From assembly GCA_903918115.1 (NCBI GenBank), contig CAIXDG010000207.1:16111-80110 (forward strand): a stretch of 64,000 bases of DNA. Direction: 5' to 3'. This document shows, piece after piece, positions 11,548 to 23,154 of this stretch; position 1 is the first letter of the stretch; each line of letters opens with the position of its first letter. The position numbers and the translations under genes are program-made. The stretch is from an uncultured beta proteobacterium. Lineage in GTDB: Bacteria > Pseudomonadota > Gammaproteobacteria > Burkholderiales > Burkholderiaceae. A model generated the notes under the pieces. The model was not told the origin of the DNA. It saw only the letters and a list, made by a program, of their open reading frames with translations, and did no database searches.

Positions 11548-14500
11548 TTAAGCTTTGCTTGATTTAAATTTATTCGCGTGATGATCAGCGCCAATAAAGA
11601 GATACATTGCCGGCACGACAAATAAAGTAAACAGGGTACCAATCGATAGGCCGGTGAAAATAACAATTCCCATCGATTGTCTACCGGCTGCCCCAGCCCC
11701 AGAAGCAATTACCAAAGGCACTACACCCAAAACCATTGCTGCTGTGGTCATTAAAATTGGGCGCAAACGGACACTACTTGCTTCGATGATGGCTTCTAGT
11801 TTATTGCGGCCTGCCATTTGTAACTCATTCGCAAATTGCACAATCAAAATGCCATGCTTACTAATTAAGCCCATTAATGTGACTAAACCTACTTGGGTAT
11901 ATACATTGACCGTAGTGAAGCCTAGATTAATAAAAATTAAAGCGCCAAATAAAGCGAGCGGCACCGAAACTAAAATCACTAAGGGATCGCGAAAGCTTTC
12001 AAACTGAGCCGCAAGCACTAAAAATACAATCAGGATTGCAAAGAACATTGTCACTAAAAACCCACCTGACTCAGCAATAAATTGCCGTGATGGGCCTGCA
12101 TAGTCAATGTTATACCCAGTAGGGCCTGCTTCTTTGATGGCATTTTGTAAAAAGGTTAATACTTCGGCTTGTGAAACGAATGGGGTACTCACGCCCGAAA
12201 TCGTGGCCGAATTCAATTGTTGAAAATGGTTAATAGACTGTGGAACAACGCGCTGCCGAATCGATGCGATTGTACGGGCCTGAATCATACTGCCGTTGGG
12301 TGTACGAATATAGTAATCTAAGATTTGATCTGGGTTTAAGCGATCAACTTGTTTCACTTGCGGAATAACCCGATAAGATCTACCAGCGACAGAAAAATAA
12401 TTCACATAGCCACCGCCTAATGCGGCTGAAAGTGCGCTACCAACATCTTTTTGGGTCATCCCCAAAGCTGCAACTTTTTCTCGGTCTATCTCGAGCACAT
12501 CTTGCGGTTTATCAATTTTTAAATCGGTATCAACAAAGAAAAACATCCCGCTTTTACGTGCTTTATCAAGCACGGCTTGCGATACTTCATTTAAATTATC
12601 GTAGGACTCCGTCGTATTAATGACCACTTGCACCGGCAGCCCCTGGGCACCAGGTAGGGCTGGAAACTGAAACACTGCCACGCGTGCACCCGCAATACTA
12701 TTCCACTTTTTTTGCATATCTTGCTGAAATGCACTGGCACTACGACTGCGCTTGGCCCAATCTTTTAACAGTACGCCGCCAAAGCTAGAGGTTGGGCTAG
12801 TAATTTGAAACATTTGTTCGTATTCTGGTTCAGCACTAGCAATTTGGTACAGTTGATTCGCATAGATCTGCATTTGATCAACCGTTGAATTGGGTGGGCC
12901 CGCTGCTTGCATTAAAACTATGCCCTGATCTTCTGTGGGCGCTAATTCAGACCAAGCTGTAGCATATAAATAGGCTACACCAAGCAATAAAAATGCGCCC
13001 ATCACAATGACTACTTGCCAGGTGGTCAATAAATTGCGTAGTAGTGCTTGATAACGGTGATGAACGCGATCAAATATTGCGTCTATCTTTTGAACAAATG
13101 GTGAAGCTTCTTGTTGTTCGGTAAAAATTTGTGCGCACATCATCGGCGAAAGCGTTAAGGCAACAACGCCCGAAACAGCCACTGCTCCGGCTAAAGTAAA
13201 AGCAAATTCAGTAAACAACGCACCGGTTAAGCCGCCTTGAAAGCCAATTGGTATATATACCGCAATTAACACAATGGTCATAGCTAAAATAGGATTACCT
13301 AATTCGCGGGCGGCAATCAGTGCAGCCTCAAGTGGCGATTTGCCTTCTTTCATATGACGATCGACGTTTTCTACCACGATAATCGCGTCATCAACTACGA
13401 GGCCAATCGCCAAAACTAAGGCTAAGAGAGTTAACAAATTAATCGAATAGCCCAAGACTTGCATCATAAAAAAGGCGCCGATTAACGATAATGGCATGGC
13501 TATAAGCGGCACTAAGACGGCCCGAAAACTGCCCAAAAATAAATAAATGACTGCAGTGACGATGACCAATGCCTCTAATAAGGTTTTGATCACCTCATCA
13601 ATTGAGGTATTAATAAAAGCAGTGGAGTCATAAACAATTTTGCCCGTCAAGCCAGTGGGTAATTGCTTTTGAATGGGGGGAAAAGCGGCCTTAATGCGTG
13701 CAGACACATCTAATAAATTAGCTTCTGGGGCAACTTTAATGCCAATAAAAACGGATTTTTTACCGCTAAACGCAACATTGGTGTTGTAATCTTCCGAGCC
13801 CAAGCTAACATTAGCAACTTGATCTAAATAAACAAGATCTGCACCATTGCGTTTAATGATGAGCTTCCGAAATTCCGCTAAATTATGTAAATCAGTACCA
13901 GCAACTAAATCAACCGCAACCATCGAGCCTTTTGTACTGCCAACTGCGGATAAATAGTTATTCGCTGCCAGAGCGTTATACACATCATCTGGCCCAACCC
14001 CTAATCCCGCCATCCGATCGGTATCTAACCAAGCTCGTAAAGCAAACTTCCGTCCCCCTAAAATTTCTGCGTTTTGTACGCCGGCAATCGAATCCAGTTT
14101 CGGCTTGACGACCCGCAATAAATAATCCGTAATGCTGTTATTCGGTATTTCATCGCTATAAAAACCCATATATAAAGCCGCAGTTGATTGCCCCAATTGC
14201 ACCGTTAAAACCGGTTGTTGCGCCTGCGGAGGTAGTTGATTGCGTACGGAGGCAATCTGCGTATTGATTTGCGTTAAAGCTTTATTTGAGTCGTAATTTA
14301 GCCGCAATGTGGCGGTTATAGTAGAAATACCGCTGATGCTTGCTGAAGATAAATAATCGATCCCCTGCGCCTGTGCAATAGCCGACTCAAGTGGCTGAGT
14401 AATAAAGCCAGCAATGGTTTCTGGGTCGGCGCCAAAATAGGCAGTAGTAATCGTTACAACTGCATTTTGGGTTTGTGGAAACTGATTGACTGGCAAAGTC

Positions 14501-14589
14501 GTTACAGCCTTTAAACCAAAAATTAAAATCAGGCTGCTCACTACCACTGCCAGCACTGGCCGACGAATAAAAATGTCGGTCCAATTCAT
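11548..14589 (-). CDS. RND efflux permease (AcrB/MexI-like)
   Basis: FIRRPVLA, AIGLVVDDAIIVVEN and RLRPILMTT motifs; 1013 aa. Confidence 0.95.
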   Translation of the reverse strand: MNWTDIFIRRPVLAVVVSSLILIFGLKAVTTLPVNQFPQTQNAVVTITTAYFGADPETIAGFITQPLESAIAQAQGIDYLSSASISGISTITATLRLNYDSNKALTQINTQIASVRNQLPPQAQQPVLTVQLGQSTAALYMGFYSDEIPNNSITDYLLRVVKPKLDSIAGVQNAEILGGRKFALRAWLDTDRMAGLGVGPDDVYNALAANNYLSAVGSTKGSMVAVDLVAGTDLHNLAEFRKLIIKRNGADLVYLDQVANVSLGSEDYNTNVAFSGKKSVFIGIKVAPEANLLDVSARIKAAFPPIQKQLPTGLTGKIVYDSTAFINTSIDEVIKTLLEALVIVTAVIYLFLGSFRAVLVPLIAMPLSLIGAFFMMQVLGYSINLLTLLALVLAIGLVVDDAIIVVENVDRHMKEGKSPLEAALIAARELGNPILAMTIVLIAVYIPIGFQGGLTGALFTEFAFTLAGAVAVSGVVALTLSPMMCAQIFTEQQEASPFVQKIDAIFDRVHHRYQALLRNLLTTWQVVIVMGAFLLLGVAYLYATAWSELAPTEDQGIVLMQAAGPPNSTVDQMQIYANQLYQIASAEPEYEQMFQITSPTSSFGGVLLKDWAKRSRSASAFQQDMQKKWNSIAGARVAVFQFPALPGAQGLPVQVVINTTESYDNLNEVSQAVLDKARKSGMFFFVDTDLKIDKPQDVLEIDREKVAALGMTQKDVGSALSAALGGGYVNYFSVAGRSYRVIPQVKQVDRLNPDQILDYYIRTPNGSMIQARTIASIRQRVVPQSINHFQQLNSATISGVSTPFVSQAEVLTFLQNAIKEAGPTGYNIDYAGPSRQFIAESGGFLVTMFFAILIVFLVLAAQFESFRDPLVILVSVPLALFGALIFINLGFTTVNVYTQVGLVTLMGLISKHGILIVQFANELQMAGRNKLEAIIEASSVRLRPILMTTAAMVLGVVPLVIASGAGAAGRQSMGIVIFTGLSIGTLFTLFVVPAMYLFIGADHHANKFKSSKA

Positions 14590-14638
14590 CGCTCAGACCA
14601 CCGGCTTAGACACAAAGAACTAAATGCATTCATTAACT

Positions 14639-15958
14639 CTAATTTTCCTGTGGTTTAGGATTAGGAGAGTTGGCGGGGAGAACCTTATTGTTAATAATTA
14701 AAGGCGTACCATTTTTTAATTTCAATTGGCCGCTAGTGACCACGGTGGCGCCCGCCTCTAAGCCCTTTGTAATGGCAACTTGATCGCCACGGGTTGAACC
14801 TGTGGTGACAAATACTTGTTGCGCTTCTAGCACTGGCTGACCATCTTTACCTAGGCGTTCGGTTTTCTTGGCTATAAATACAGTAGAGCCATAGGGGTTG
14901 TAAGTCACAGCAGTTAAGGGCAAGGTAAGTAACTTCACCTTGTCGCCTAAATCAATATTTACATTGGCAAACATCCCCGGCAAAATTTTCTTATCCGGAT
15001 TGGCTAACAAGGCTTCAATTTGAATATTGCGGGTATTCAAATCGACCTTAGGACTAATTGCCGTAATTTTTCCAGCGAAGATTACGCCCTTATAGGCATC
15101 AGTTGATAAGGCAATCGATTGCCCAATATTAATTGCACTTACTGTGCTTTGCGGCAAAGTAAAGTCGATAAAAATAGGGTCAATCGTTTGTAAAGTCATT
15201 AATTTCTCGCTTGGACTAACATACTGGCCTGGATTCAGCGTCACTATGCCAACCCGACCGCTAAAAGGCGCCTTTAAATTCTTTTTAACAATTAATGCCT
15301 CTTGCTGCTGGACCAAAGCCCGTTTTGACTTTGCATCGGCTGCGCTCGTATCAAAAACATTTTTGCTAATTGCCTGAATTGCCAATTGCTGTTTATCGCG
15401 CTCATTTATTACTTTGGCTAATTCAGCCTGGGCTTTTAATGACTGTAATTGGGCTACCTCTGCCGCATCGACCAGCTTGATCAATAAGCTTCCCTCTTTC
15501 ACATCCATTCCCGACTTCACCGGCACCATCTCTACCAATCCCTCTACTCCCGTACTCAATTCAACCCCACGATAGGCCCGAATATTGCCCACACTACTCA
15601 GCATCGGCTGCCATTCCTCGAATTGAACGACCGTGGTAGAAACGGTGGCCGGTGGCAAACCGGCACTGGAAATAAAATGCTTAATCAGCATTGTTTTAGC
15701 CTGATTAAAGGCAAAAATTAAACCAAGCAATAAAAAAACCCCAACTAGCATCACCGTCATGCGGCGGCGCATTTCTGTCATCGCCATTAATTTGGCGTAT
15801 GCACGCGTATTTTTAAAACGCTGATAGGGACGCAGTTTTTGGGCTATACGCGCATAGGTATTTTTTATTTTGGTCCACAAAAGACACAATTTCTCACGCA
15901 CTTGCCAAGTTTTTAGTAAATGCAATACTTTATTTTTAAGAGTTTCAACAAGCTTCAT
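14639..15958 (-). CDS. RND periplasmic adaptor (membrane fusion protein)
   Basis: Single TM segment, lipoyl-hairpin region KAPFSGRVG, LPGMFANV. Lies between the OMF and RND genes. Confidence 0.92.
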   Translation of the reverse strand: MKLVETLKNKVLHLLKTWQVREKLCLLWTKIKNTYARIAQKLRPYQRFKNTRAYAKLMAMTEMRRRMTVMLVGVFLLLGLIFAFNQAKTMLIKHFISSAGLPPATVSTTVVQFEEWQPMLSSVGNIRAYRGVELSTGVEGLVEMVPVKSGMDVKEGSLLIKLVDAAEVAQLQSLKAQAELAKVINERDKQQLAIQAISKNVFDTSAADAKSKRALVQQQEALIVKKNLKAPFSGRVGIVTLNPGQYVSPSEKLMTLQTIDPIFIDFTLPQSTVSAINIGQSIALSTDAYKGVIFAGKITAISPKVDLNTRNIQIEALLANPDKKILPGMFANVNIDLGDKVKLLTLPLTAVTYNPYGSTVFIAKKTERLGKDGQPVLEAQQVFVTTGSTRGDQVAITKGLEAGATVVTSGQLKLKNGTPLIINNKVLPANSPNPKPQEN

Positions 15959-17631
15959 TATTTAACAATCAGGTTGGCATTTGAAATGGGTAGCTCTGCC
16001 GAAGTAAGCGGCGAACCTGCCGAAGTAGCTGTGGGGCCACCTTCGGCGGGTCCTACCAAGATATTTGTTAGCGGAACTTCATTCGCGCTCTCGCTGCTAG
16101 CAATTGTTTTAGCTTTATAAGCAGGCCCTTCTCGATTCCACCAGCCGCCGCCTAATGCTGTAAATAAAGCAGCTGTATCAGAAAAACGCAGTGCTTGCGC
16201 TAGCAAGGAGCGAATTTTGGCATTTTGATATTGCGTTTGGTAGTACAACACCTGTAAATAACTAGCTGTGCCAAAGCGATATTGATCTTGTACCAAATTG
16301 AGTGTTTCTTTGGCATAGCGTTCATTATCAGTAGCGGCAGCTAAGGCCTTTGCATCCGCATCTAAAGCTTGCAAAGCATCTGCCACTTGTTGAAATGCGG
16401 TAATCACTGCAGCTTGATATTGAAATACAGCTTGCTCATAATTTGCCATTGCACCGCGGCGCTGTGCCAATAATTGGCCGCCCTGGAAAAGCGGCTGAAA
16501 TAGTCCGCCGGCAATCGACCAAAGCGCAGCAGTGGGCCCAAATAATGCGCCCGTGGTTAATGCTGCACTACCCTCCGCCCCACTCAACGTAATTTGTGGC
16601 AGTAAGTTAGCCGTGGCCACACCAACCAAGGCATTGGTTGATTTCATCACCGCTTCTGCAGCAAGAATATCGGGGCGTTGACGCACTAAACTCGACGGCA
16701 GGGAGAGCGGCAACTGATCTGGTAGGTGTAAATCATTTAAATTAAAGCCCTGGATCACTGCACTTCCCGGATATTCACCTGTTAAAGCAGCGAGTTGATT
16801 GCGCGCAAAGGCAACATTTTTTTCATACACTAACAATTCCGTCTGCGAGCTAGCTACTAAAGCCAGCTGAGAAGTGAGGTCTACTTTAGAAACGCTACCA
16901 ATTTCGAGTTGCTGCTTAATAATATTGGCAAAAGAAGTTTGCGCCTCTAAAATTTCTTTAGTAGCTTGGTATTGCGCACGTAATTGAGCCTCGCGTACTG
17001 CAGACGTAACTAAATTTGAAGTTAAATTCAGGTATGCGCCCTCAAGTTGATATTGGCTAATCTCCGCTTGAGCACGGGCATTTTCTACGGTTCTGCGTGC
17101 CCGGCCAAAAAAGTCAGGCACATAGCTAATATTCACTGTGGTGTTATAGAGATCATAAATGGGGTCGCCTCGCGGTAGACCGTAGACCGCATAGGGTAAT
17201 TGTTCGCGAGTCGCACTTGCATTAGCGCCAATTTTAGGAAAATACTGGCCGCCAATTTGGGCGCTGACATTTTCTTGCGCTGCCCGTAAGGCAGCATCAG
17301 CTGCAGCTAAGTTTGGGTTTTGCTCTAAGGCTTTGCGAATTAATATATCCAACTCGGGGGATTTAAATAACTCCCACCATTTTGCTGGGATGTCTTTACT
17401 CTCAACTAAAGTCTGCTCGCTACCTCCAGGAACATCTGGAGTGGTTGCCAACTTGGTGGGAATGGGTTTTTCTGTCAATGCGCTGACTTTAGGCGCATCT
17501 GGTTGCTTAAAGTCAGGCCCTACCGCACAAGCAGCCAAAATTCCCAATAGAAATACCGCTAATAGCAGGCGCGCTATACGGCAAACTTCAAGTTGGAAGG
17601 CAATAGATGGGTGGCTAAACAAAATATTCAC
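15958..17631 (-). CDS. Outer-membrane efflux lipoprotein (NodT/OprM family)
   Basis: LAAC lipobox followed by AVGPDF, WWELF, RQRPDILAAE, ALGGGWW. Start uncertain. Confidence 0.92.
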   Translation of the reverse strand: MNILFSHPSIAFQLEVCRIARLLLAVFLLGILAACAVGPDFKQPDAPKVSALTEKPIPTKLATTPDVPGGSEQTLVESKDIPAKWWELFKSPELDILIRKALEQNPNLAAADAALRAAQENVSAQIGGQYFPKIGANASATREQLPYAVYGLPRGDPIYDLYNTTVNISYVPDFFGRARRTVENARAQAEISQYQLEGAYLNLTSNLVTSAVREAQLRAQYQATKEILEAQTSFANIIKQQLEIGSVSKVDLTSQLALVASSQTELLVYEKNVAFARNQLAALTGEYPGSAVIQGFNLNDLHLPDQLPLSLPSSLVRQRPDILAAEAVMKSTNALVGVATANLLPQITLSGAEGSAALTTGALFGPTAALWSIAGGLFQPLFQGGQLLAQRRGAMANYEQAVFQYQAAVITAFQQVADALQALDADAKALAAATDNERYAKETLNLVQDQYRFGTASYLQVLYYQTQYQNAKIRSLLAQALRFSDTAALFTALGGGWWNREGPAYKAKTIASSESANEVPLTNILVGPAEGGPTATSAGSPLTSAELPISNANLIVK

Positions 17632-17689
17632 GAAGCTTATTTAAACACAAATGTGCATTTTCCCCTGATTCTTAAAGGGATTAAATGAA

Positions 17690-19522
17690 CTACTCGACTG
17701 TCACGCTTTTAGCTAAGTTGCGGGGCTTATCGACATCGGTACCGCGGGCGCAAGCGGTATGGTAGGCCAATAATTGCAGGGGCACTACTTGCAAGATGGG
17801 GGAAAGATCGCCGTAGTACTCGGGGAGGCCAATGACATGAATGCCATCGCTACTTTTCATTTGCGTATCGCGGTCGGTAAACACATACAGCATCCCGCCC
17901 CGGGCCTTGACTTCCTGCATATTTGATTTTAATTTTTCCAATAAAGCATCATTTGGTGCAACCGTAACAACCGGCATTTTTTCGGTTACTAGCGCTAACG
18001 GCCCATGCTTTAATTCACCAGCAGGATACGCTTCGGCATGAATATAAGAAATTTCTTTTAACTTAAGGGCGCCTTCAAGGGCAATGGGATAGTACAAACC
18101 ACGCCCTAAAAAAAGCACATTTTCGCATTTAGCAAATACTTCGCTCCACGCAATAATTTGTGGCTCTAGAGCCAAAACAGCATATAAGGCTTTTGGCAGC
18201 CGACGCAATCGACGTAGCAAGTCTTTTTCTGCCTCGGTATTTAATGCTCCAGCGCGCTTGGCAATTGAGGCGGCTAATAAATACAGCGCCACTAACTGCG
18301 TAGTAAAGGCCTTCGTAGAGGCTACACCAATTTCAGTGCCGGCTTTGGTAATAAAGTGCCATGGGGTTTCACGCACCATTGCACTGCTGGCAACATTACA
18401 AATTGCCAACGTAAAACGATGCCCCAAACTTTTAGCGTGACGTAAAGCAGCGAGCGTATCAGCAGTTTCGCCTGATTGAGATACTACGATTACCAATGTA
18501 TTTGGATTAGAGACCGTTTTTCGGTAACGATACTCGCTCGCAATTTCAACTTGCGTGGGAATGCCTCCCAGGTCTTCAAGCCAATACTTACCAACACAGC
18601 TGGCGTAATAACTAGTTCCACAAGCCAAAATTAAAATTTGCTCAAACTCTAACCACTGCTGCGGGTTAGCGCCAAATAATTCTGGACCAAAACCACTCAC
18701 ATTTGCTAAGGTATCTGCTATAGCACGGGGTTGCTCAAAAATTTCTTTCTGCATGAAATGGCGATAAGGGCCTAACTCAACAGCATCGGCTTGTGCTGGC
18801 ATGGGCTTACTGTCGCGCACTAAAACGACGCCACTATGATCCATTATTTGAATGGCGCTACTCGTGACGATGGCGATATCACCCTCCTCCAAATAAAGCA
18901 TCGAGTCAGCTTTACCCGCCAGCGCTAGTGCATCTGAGGCTAAGAAATTTTCATGCCGGCCAAATGCCGCCACCAAGGGCGACCCGGCTCTGGCGCCAAT
19001 CAGCGTTTGCGGATTATCCTGCGCTATGACAGCAATCGCATAAGCGCCATGTAAACGGGGCAGTACCAAACGTACCGCTAAGGCTAAATTGCGCTCGACT
19101 TGTGCGGTGTAAGCCTGGTGAATTAAATGCGCAATGACTTCGGTATCAGTTTCTGAGGTAAAAATGTAGCCTGCCTGCTTTAATTCAGCGCGCAAACCTT
19201 CGTAATTTTCAATAATGCCGTTATGCACTACTGCAATCAAATTTTGTGAAATATGGGGATGGGCATTTTCCGTGTCTGGCTTACCATGCGTAGCCCAGCG
19301 GGTGTGTGCAATGCCGAGGGTGCCTGTAAATTGATTAGCTTGCGCAGCTAAATCGGCGACGCGTGCGGTAGTGCGGGCCCGCTCAATTGGATGTAGGGGG
19401 TTTGCCGCATTGATCAACGCAAACCCACAGGAATCATAACCGCGATATTCTAAGCGGCGTAAACCCTCGATGAGGGTTTCAACTACATTTTGTGTGGAAG
19501 CCGCACCGACAATACCGCACAT
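17690..19522 (-). CDS. glmS: Glutamine--fructose-6-phosphate aminotransferase
   Basis: MCGIVG N-terminus, [17 protein letters not shown]-terminal [11 protein letters not shown]. Confidence 0.98.
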   Translation of the reverse strand: MCGIVGAASTQNVVETLIEGLRRLEYRGYDSCGFALINAANPLHPIERARTTARVADLAAQANQFTGTLGIAHTRWATHGKPDTENAHPHISQNLIAVVHNGIIENYEGLRAELKQAGYIFTSETDTEVIAHLIHQAYTAQVERNLALAVRLVLPRLHGAYAIAVIAQDNPQTLIGARAGSPLVAAFGRHENFLASDALALAGKADSMLYLEEGDIAIVTSSAIQIMDHSGVVLVRDSKPMPAQADAVELGPYRHFMQKEIFEQPRAIADTLANVSGFGPELFGANPQQWLEFEQILILACGTSYYASCVGKYWLEDLGGIPTQVEIASEYRYRKTVSNPNTLVIVVSQSGETADTLAALRHAKSLGHRFTLAICNVASSAMVRETPWHFITKAGTEIGVASTKAFTTQLVALYLLAASIAKRAGALNTEAEKDLLRRLRRLPKALYAVLALEPQIIAWSEVFAKCENVLFLGRGLYYPIALEGALKLKEISYIHAEAYPAGELKHGPLALVTEKMPVVTVAPNDALLEKLKSNMQEVKARGGMLYVFTDRDTQMKSSDGIHVIGLPEYYGDLSPILQVVPLQLLAYHTACARGTDVDKPRNLAKSVTVE

Positions 19523-20968
19523 CTATTTTTTTCCCTTGCTTGATAATTTTTTCTTTGCAAGTACTTTTTTTTCTGGACGTTGCCACGGCACTGAAACTTG
19601 TTTGGTACGTGATACGGTCAGTTGATTTGCTGGGGCATCTTTAGTTAAGGTGGTGCCCGCACCCAGTGTAGCTCCGCGCCCTACTTTAACTGGAGCAACC
19701 AGCTGCGTATCAGAGCCGATAAATACATCATCCTCAATAATTGTTTGATGCTTGTTAACGCCATCATAATTACAAGTAATTGTGCCCGCGCCAATGTTCA
19801 CGCGCTTACCCACGATAGCATCGCCAACATATGCTAAATGGTTAGCTTTACTGTCCGCACCCAAGTGACTATTTTTTATTTCAACAAAGTTACCAATATG
19901 CACATTGTTAGCTAAATTAGCGCCAGGCCGTATTCGCGCATAGGGTCCGATGATGCAATCATCCCCGATCATTGCGCCATCGAGATGACTAAAGGCTTGA
20001 ATCACAACCCCCTTGCCAACTTGAGTATTTCTTAATATGCAGTTGGGTCCAACCTTAACGCCTGCTGCCAAAGAAACAGCGCCCTCAAACACGCAACCAA
20101 TATCAATGGAGACATCTTGGCCACACGTTAATTTGCCCCGCACATCAAGTCGCGCAGGATCGGCGAGAGAAACTCCATTACTTAATAAATTACGCGCAAT
20201 TTCTTGCTGAGCAATCCGCTCTAAGGCGGCCAGCTGAGCACGATCATTAACGCCAATCGTTTCCCATACATTAGTGGCCTGGGTGGTGCGAATCGGGACG
20301 CCATCCTTAACTGCCATGGCAATCACATCGGTTAAATAATATTCCCCTTGCGCAGTGCTAGTCTTTAAAGCCTTGAGCCAGCGCTTGAGATGCTGACTTG
20401 GCAACACCATGATGCCGGTATTAATTTCTTGAATTGAACGTTGCTGTCGATTAGCATCTTTTTCTTCAATAATGGCCGTTAATTCACCAGCAGCATTGCG
20501 CATAATCCGGCCATACCCCCGGGGATCGACTAGGTCTTGTGTCAGCAGAGCTAAAGCGGAATCTTGGCCAGCAACACCATCGGCCAATTGAATCAAACGC
20601 TTTAAGGTCGAGGAGCCAATTAAAGGTACATCTCCATATAAAACTAGAGTTGGTACAGTTAAGTTGAGCTTAGGTAAGGCTTGCAATAAAGCATGGCCAG
20701 TGCCATTTTGCTTGGCCTGCAAAACGGTACTTATTTTGGCGGCGAGTTTTAAGGTGGTTTTGTTTTGTGCAGCAAAAGTCATTAAAAATTGGCTTACTAG
20801 CGGCGCACCGTGGCCAATGACTACGAGTGGAGCAGTTTTAGGGCTGGTAATGAAGGCGGTCTCAAGTACATGCTGCAACATAGGCTTGCCAGCTAAGTTT
20901 TGCATTACTTTAGGCAAGGCAGAGCGCATGCGCTGACCTTGTCCGGCTGCCAGAATAACGATATTCAT
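19523..20968 (-). CDS. glmU: Bifunctional UDP-GlcNAc pyrophosphorylase / glucosamine-1-P acetyltransferase
   Basis: [18 protein letters not shown], hexapeptide repeats, CNYDGVNK. Confidence 0.97.
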   Translation of the reverse strand: MNIVILAAGQGQRMRSALPKVMQNLAGKPMLQHVLETAFITSPKTAPLVVIGHGAPLVSQFLMTFAAQNKTTLKLAAKISTVLQAKQNGTGHALLQALPKLNLTVPTLVLYGDVPLIGSSTLKRLIQLADGVAGQDSALALLTQDLVDPRGYGRIMRNAAGELTAIIEEKDANRQQRSIQEINTGIMVLPSQHLKRWLKALKTSTAQGEYYLTDVIAMAVKDGVPIRTTQATNVWETIGVNDRAQLAALERIAQQEIARNLLSNGVSLADPARLDVRGKLTCGQDVSIDIGCVFEGAVSLAAGVKVGPNCILRNTQVGKGVVIQAFSHLDGAMIGDDCIIGPYARIRPGANLANNVHIGNFVEIKNSHLGADSKANHLAYVGDAIVGKRVNIGAGTITCNYDGVNKHQTIIEDDVFIGSDTQLVAPVKVGRGATLGAGTTLTKDAPANQLTVSRTKQVSVPWQRPEKKVLAKKKLSSKGKK

Positions 20969-21870
20969 AAGCTTGCAGTATAAGTGCCTAGAGCACCTAT
21001 TGCACTCTCAGGCGCGGCTGGGGCACTCTCATCAAAGGCCCTATCCCCATCTCTTTCGGCCATAAAACCAAATTCTGCTTCTGCTGCGGCAAGATTTTTA
21101 AAATTAAATGCAGCTCCATCCAGCAAATGCGAAGGCACAATCTGGTGCATGGCGCGAAAAATATTTTCCACTCTGCCAGGATTTTTTTTCTCCCAGTCAC
21201 GTAACATTTGCTTCATTGCCCCGCGTTGTAAATTAGGCTGGCTGCCGCATAGATCACACGGAATAATGGGAAACTGCATAGCGCTAGCATAGCGCTCAAG
21301 TAAGCGCTCTGGAACATAGGCAAGGGGGCGAATCACAATATGCTTACCGTCATCTGAGCGTAATTTTGGCGGCATCGCTTTTAATTTTCCCCCATAGAAT
21401 ATATTCAGCAAGAAGGTTTCTAAAATGTCGTCGCGATGATGCCCTAGGGCAATTTTAGTTGCGCCTAACTCGCTCGCAACGCGATATAAGATTCCACGCC
21501 GCAAACGCGAACACAAACCACAGGTTGTTTTACCTTCAGGAATCACTCGCTTCACAATGCTATAGGTGTCCTGTGTCTCAATATGAAATGGCACCGCCAG
21601 GCTAGATAAATAATTAGGCAATATTTGTGCTGGAAAATTTGGTTGCCGCTGATCTAAGTTAACCGCAATGATGTCAAATTGAATTGGTGCGCGCTCTTTT
21701 AACTTCAACAAAATATCGAGTAAAGCATAGCTATCTTTACCACCAGAGACACAGACCATAACCTTGTCGCCAGGGCTAATCATATTAAAATCGCCAATCG
21801 CTTGACCAACCAAGCGAGATAATTTCTTTTCTAGCTTATTTTCCTCAAATACAACTTTGCGCGCATCCAT
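20965..21870 (-). CDS. ttcA: tRNA 2-thiocytidine(32) synthetase
   Basis: SGGKDS PP-loop, [18 protein letters not shown]. Confidence 0.96.
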   Translation of the reverse strand: MDARKVVFEENKLEKKLSRLVGQAIGDFNMISPGDKVMVCVSGGKDSYALLDILLKLKERAPIQFDIIAVNLDQRQPNFPAQILPNYLSSLAVPFHIETQDTYSIVKRVIPEGKTTCGLCSRLRRGILYRVASELGATKIALGHHRDDILETFLLNIFYGGKLKAMPPKLRSDDGKHIVIRPLAYVPERLLERYASAMQFPIIPCDLCGSQPNLQRGAMKQMLRDWEKKNPGRVENIFRAMHQIVPSHLLDGAAFNFKNLAAAEAEFGFMAERDGDRAFDESAPAAPESAIGALGTYTASL

Positions 21871-21893
21871 TTTTATTATGTCCAGAGGCTGAT

Positions 21894-22289
21894 TTAAGTT
21901 GGCTTTACTCGGAAAATTTCAACCCCCACTGAAGCACAGTCAGGATAAACATCGGGCTTTGCGGTGGAGATTCTGACTGCTACCACCTTTGGATGTTCCA
22001 GCATCGCATCGGCGATCGTGTCACATAAAGTTTCTTGTAGATGAATGTGGCCCTTTTGGGTGCGTAGCCGAATAGTCTCACGCATAAAATCATAATCAAC
22101 CACTTCTTCTAAGCGATCCTCCTTAGGCGTATTGATTTGAATCGGGATATATAAATCGACATTCAAAATCACGCGTTGCTCCGCTTTTTTTTCATGATCA
22201 TGCACGCCAATATTGATATATACCTCGTAATCTTCTAAAAATAAACGCCGGTACTCCATGAGATTAAGTAGGGGATGATTCACTTGCAT
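21894..22289 (-). CDS. folB: Dihydroneopterin aldolase
   Basis: [17 protein letters not shown] and [12 protein letters not shown] motifs. Confidence 0.88.
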   Translation of the reverse strand: MQVNHPLLNLMEYRRLFLEDYEVYINIGVHDHEKKAEQRVILNVDLYIPIQINTPKEDRLEEVVDYDFMRETIRLRTQKGHIHLQETLCDTIADAMLEHPKVVAVRISTAKPDVYPDCASVGVEIFRVKPT

Positions 22290-22298
22290 AAATTTGGC

Positions 22299-23123
22299 CT
22301 AAGGGGTTGTAAACATAATATCGCGTGTCGAAGGGAATAAATGCTGACCCCCGTCGACGTAAAGTGTAGTGCCTGTGATGGCTTTAGCACTAGCTAAAAA
22401 GACTGCTGCTTTGCCAATATCTTCGGGAGTTGATGATCTACCTAAGGGCGTCATTTGATGTGCCTGAGAAAATCCCAATGGGGTTTGATCACCCGATGGC
22501 ATCGTAATGCCAGGGGCTAGGCCGACAACCCGCAGTTGCGGAGCAAAATCTAAGGCTAATAATTGGATTGCACCTTGCAGCGCATATTTTGAAAGCGTAT
22601 AGGAAAAGTAATCCGGATTCGGATTAATTAATTTTTGATCCAACAACTGAATCGCCGCTGGTACAACCCTGCGCTGCGCATTGACACTATTTAGCACTTG
22701 TTTTTTTTGCTGCAAATACAGTAACTGAGTTAGCAAAATGGGGGCCGCCAAATTCAACTTCATAGCATCTAGCAAAAATGGGGTTCGAAATGGGCTTTCA
22801 AGCGAACTGGGTCGATCGTATTCAAAACTAGCGGCGCTATTAACTAAACATGCAAGAGGGCCAAACGCCTTTTCTACACTAGTAAATAACTGCTGGATAT
22901 CAGCCTCAATTGATAAATTGGCTTGGAAGATGAGGCAACGTCGATTGAGTGCGGTAATTTCAGCTTGTGTAGCCTCAGCTTCAGCCTGCGAATGGCCATA
23001 ATGTAAAGCAATGTCCCAACCCTGCCGAGCAAACTCAAGGGCGATCTCGCGACCCAAGCGTTTAGCCGCTCCGGTAATTAATACCGCCTGATTTGGGGAT
23101 GGATTGGCAGGGCTAATGCTCAT
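22299..23123 (-). CDS. SDR oxidoreductase (FolM/pteridine reductase-like)
   Basis: TGAAKRLG cofactor motif, YTLSK catalytic motif. Adjacent to folB. Confidence 0.82.
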   Translation of the reverse strand: MSISPANPSPNQAVLITGAAKRLGREIALEFARQGWDIALHYGHSQAEAEATQAEITALNRRCLIFQANLSIEADIQQLFTSVEKAFGPLACLVNSAASFEYDRPSSLESPFRTPFLLDAMKLNLAAPILLTQLLYLQQKKQVLNSVNAQRRVVPAAIQLLDQKLINPNPDYFSYTLSKYALQGAIQLLALDFAPQLRVVGLAPGITMPSGDQTPLGFSQAHQMTPLGRSSTPEDIGKAAVFLASAKAITGTTLYVDGGQHLFPSTRDIMFTTP

Positions 23124-23154
23124 GCAAACTGAAACTCTCTTAGACTTGTGAGTT

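Noticed and set aside
17632-17689. attTn7 position downstream of glmS as a possible island boundary
   Set aside because: Only a 58-bp spacer with an imperfect hairpin. No Tn7 ends or tns genes, and no evident composition shift in the RND operon.
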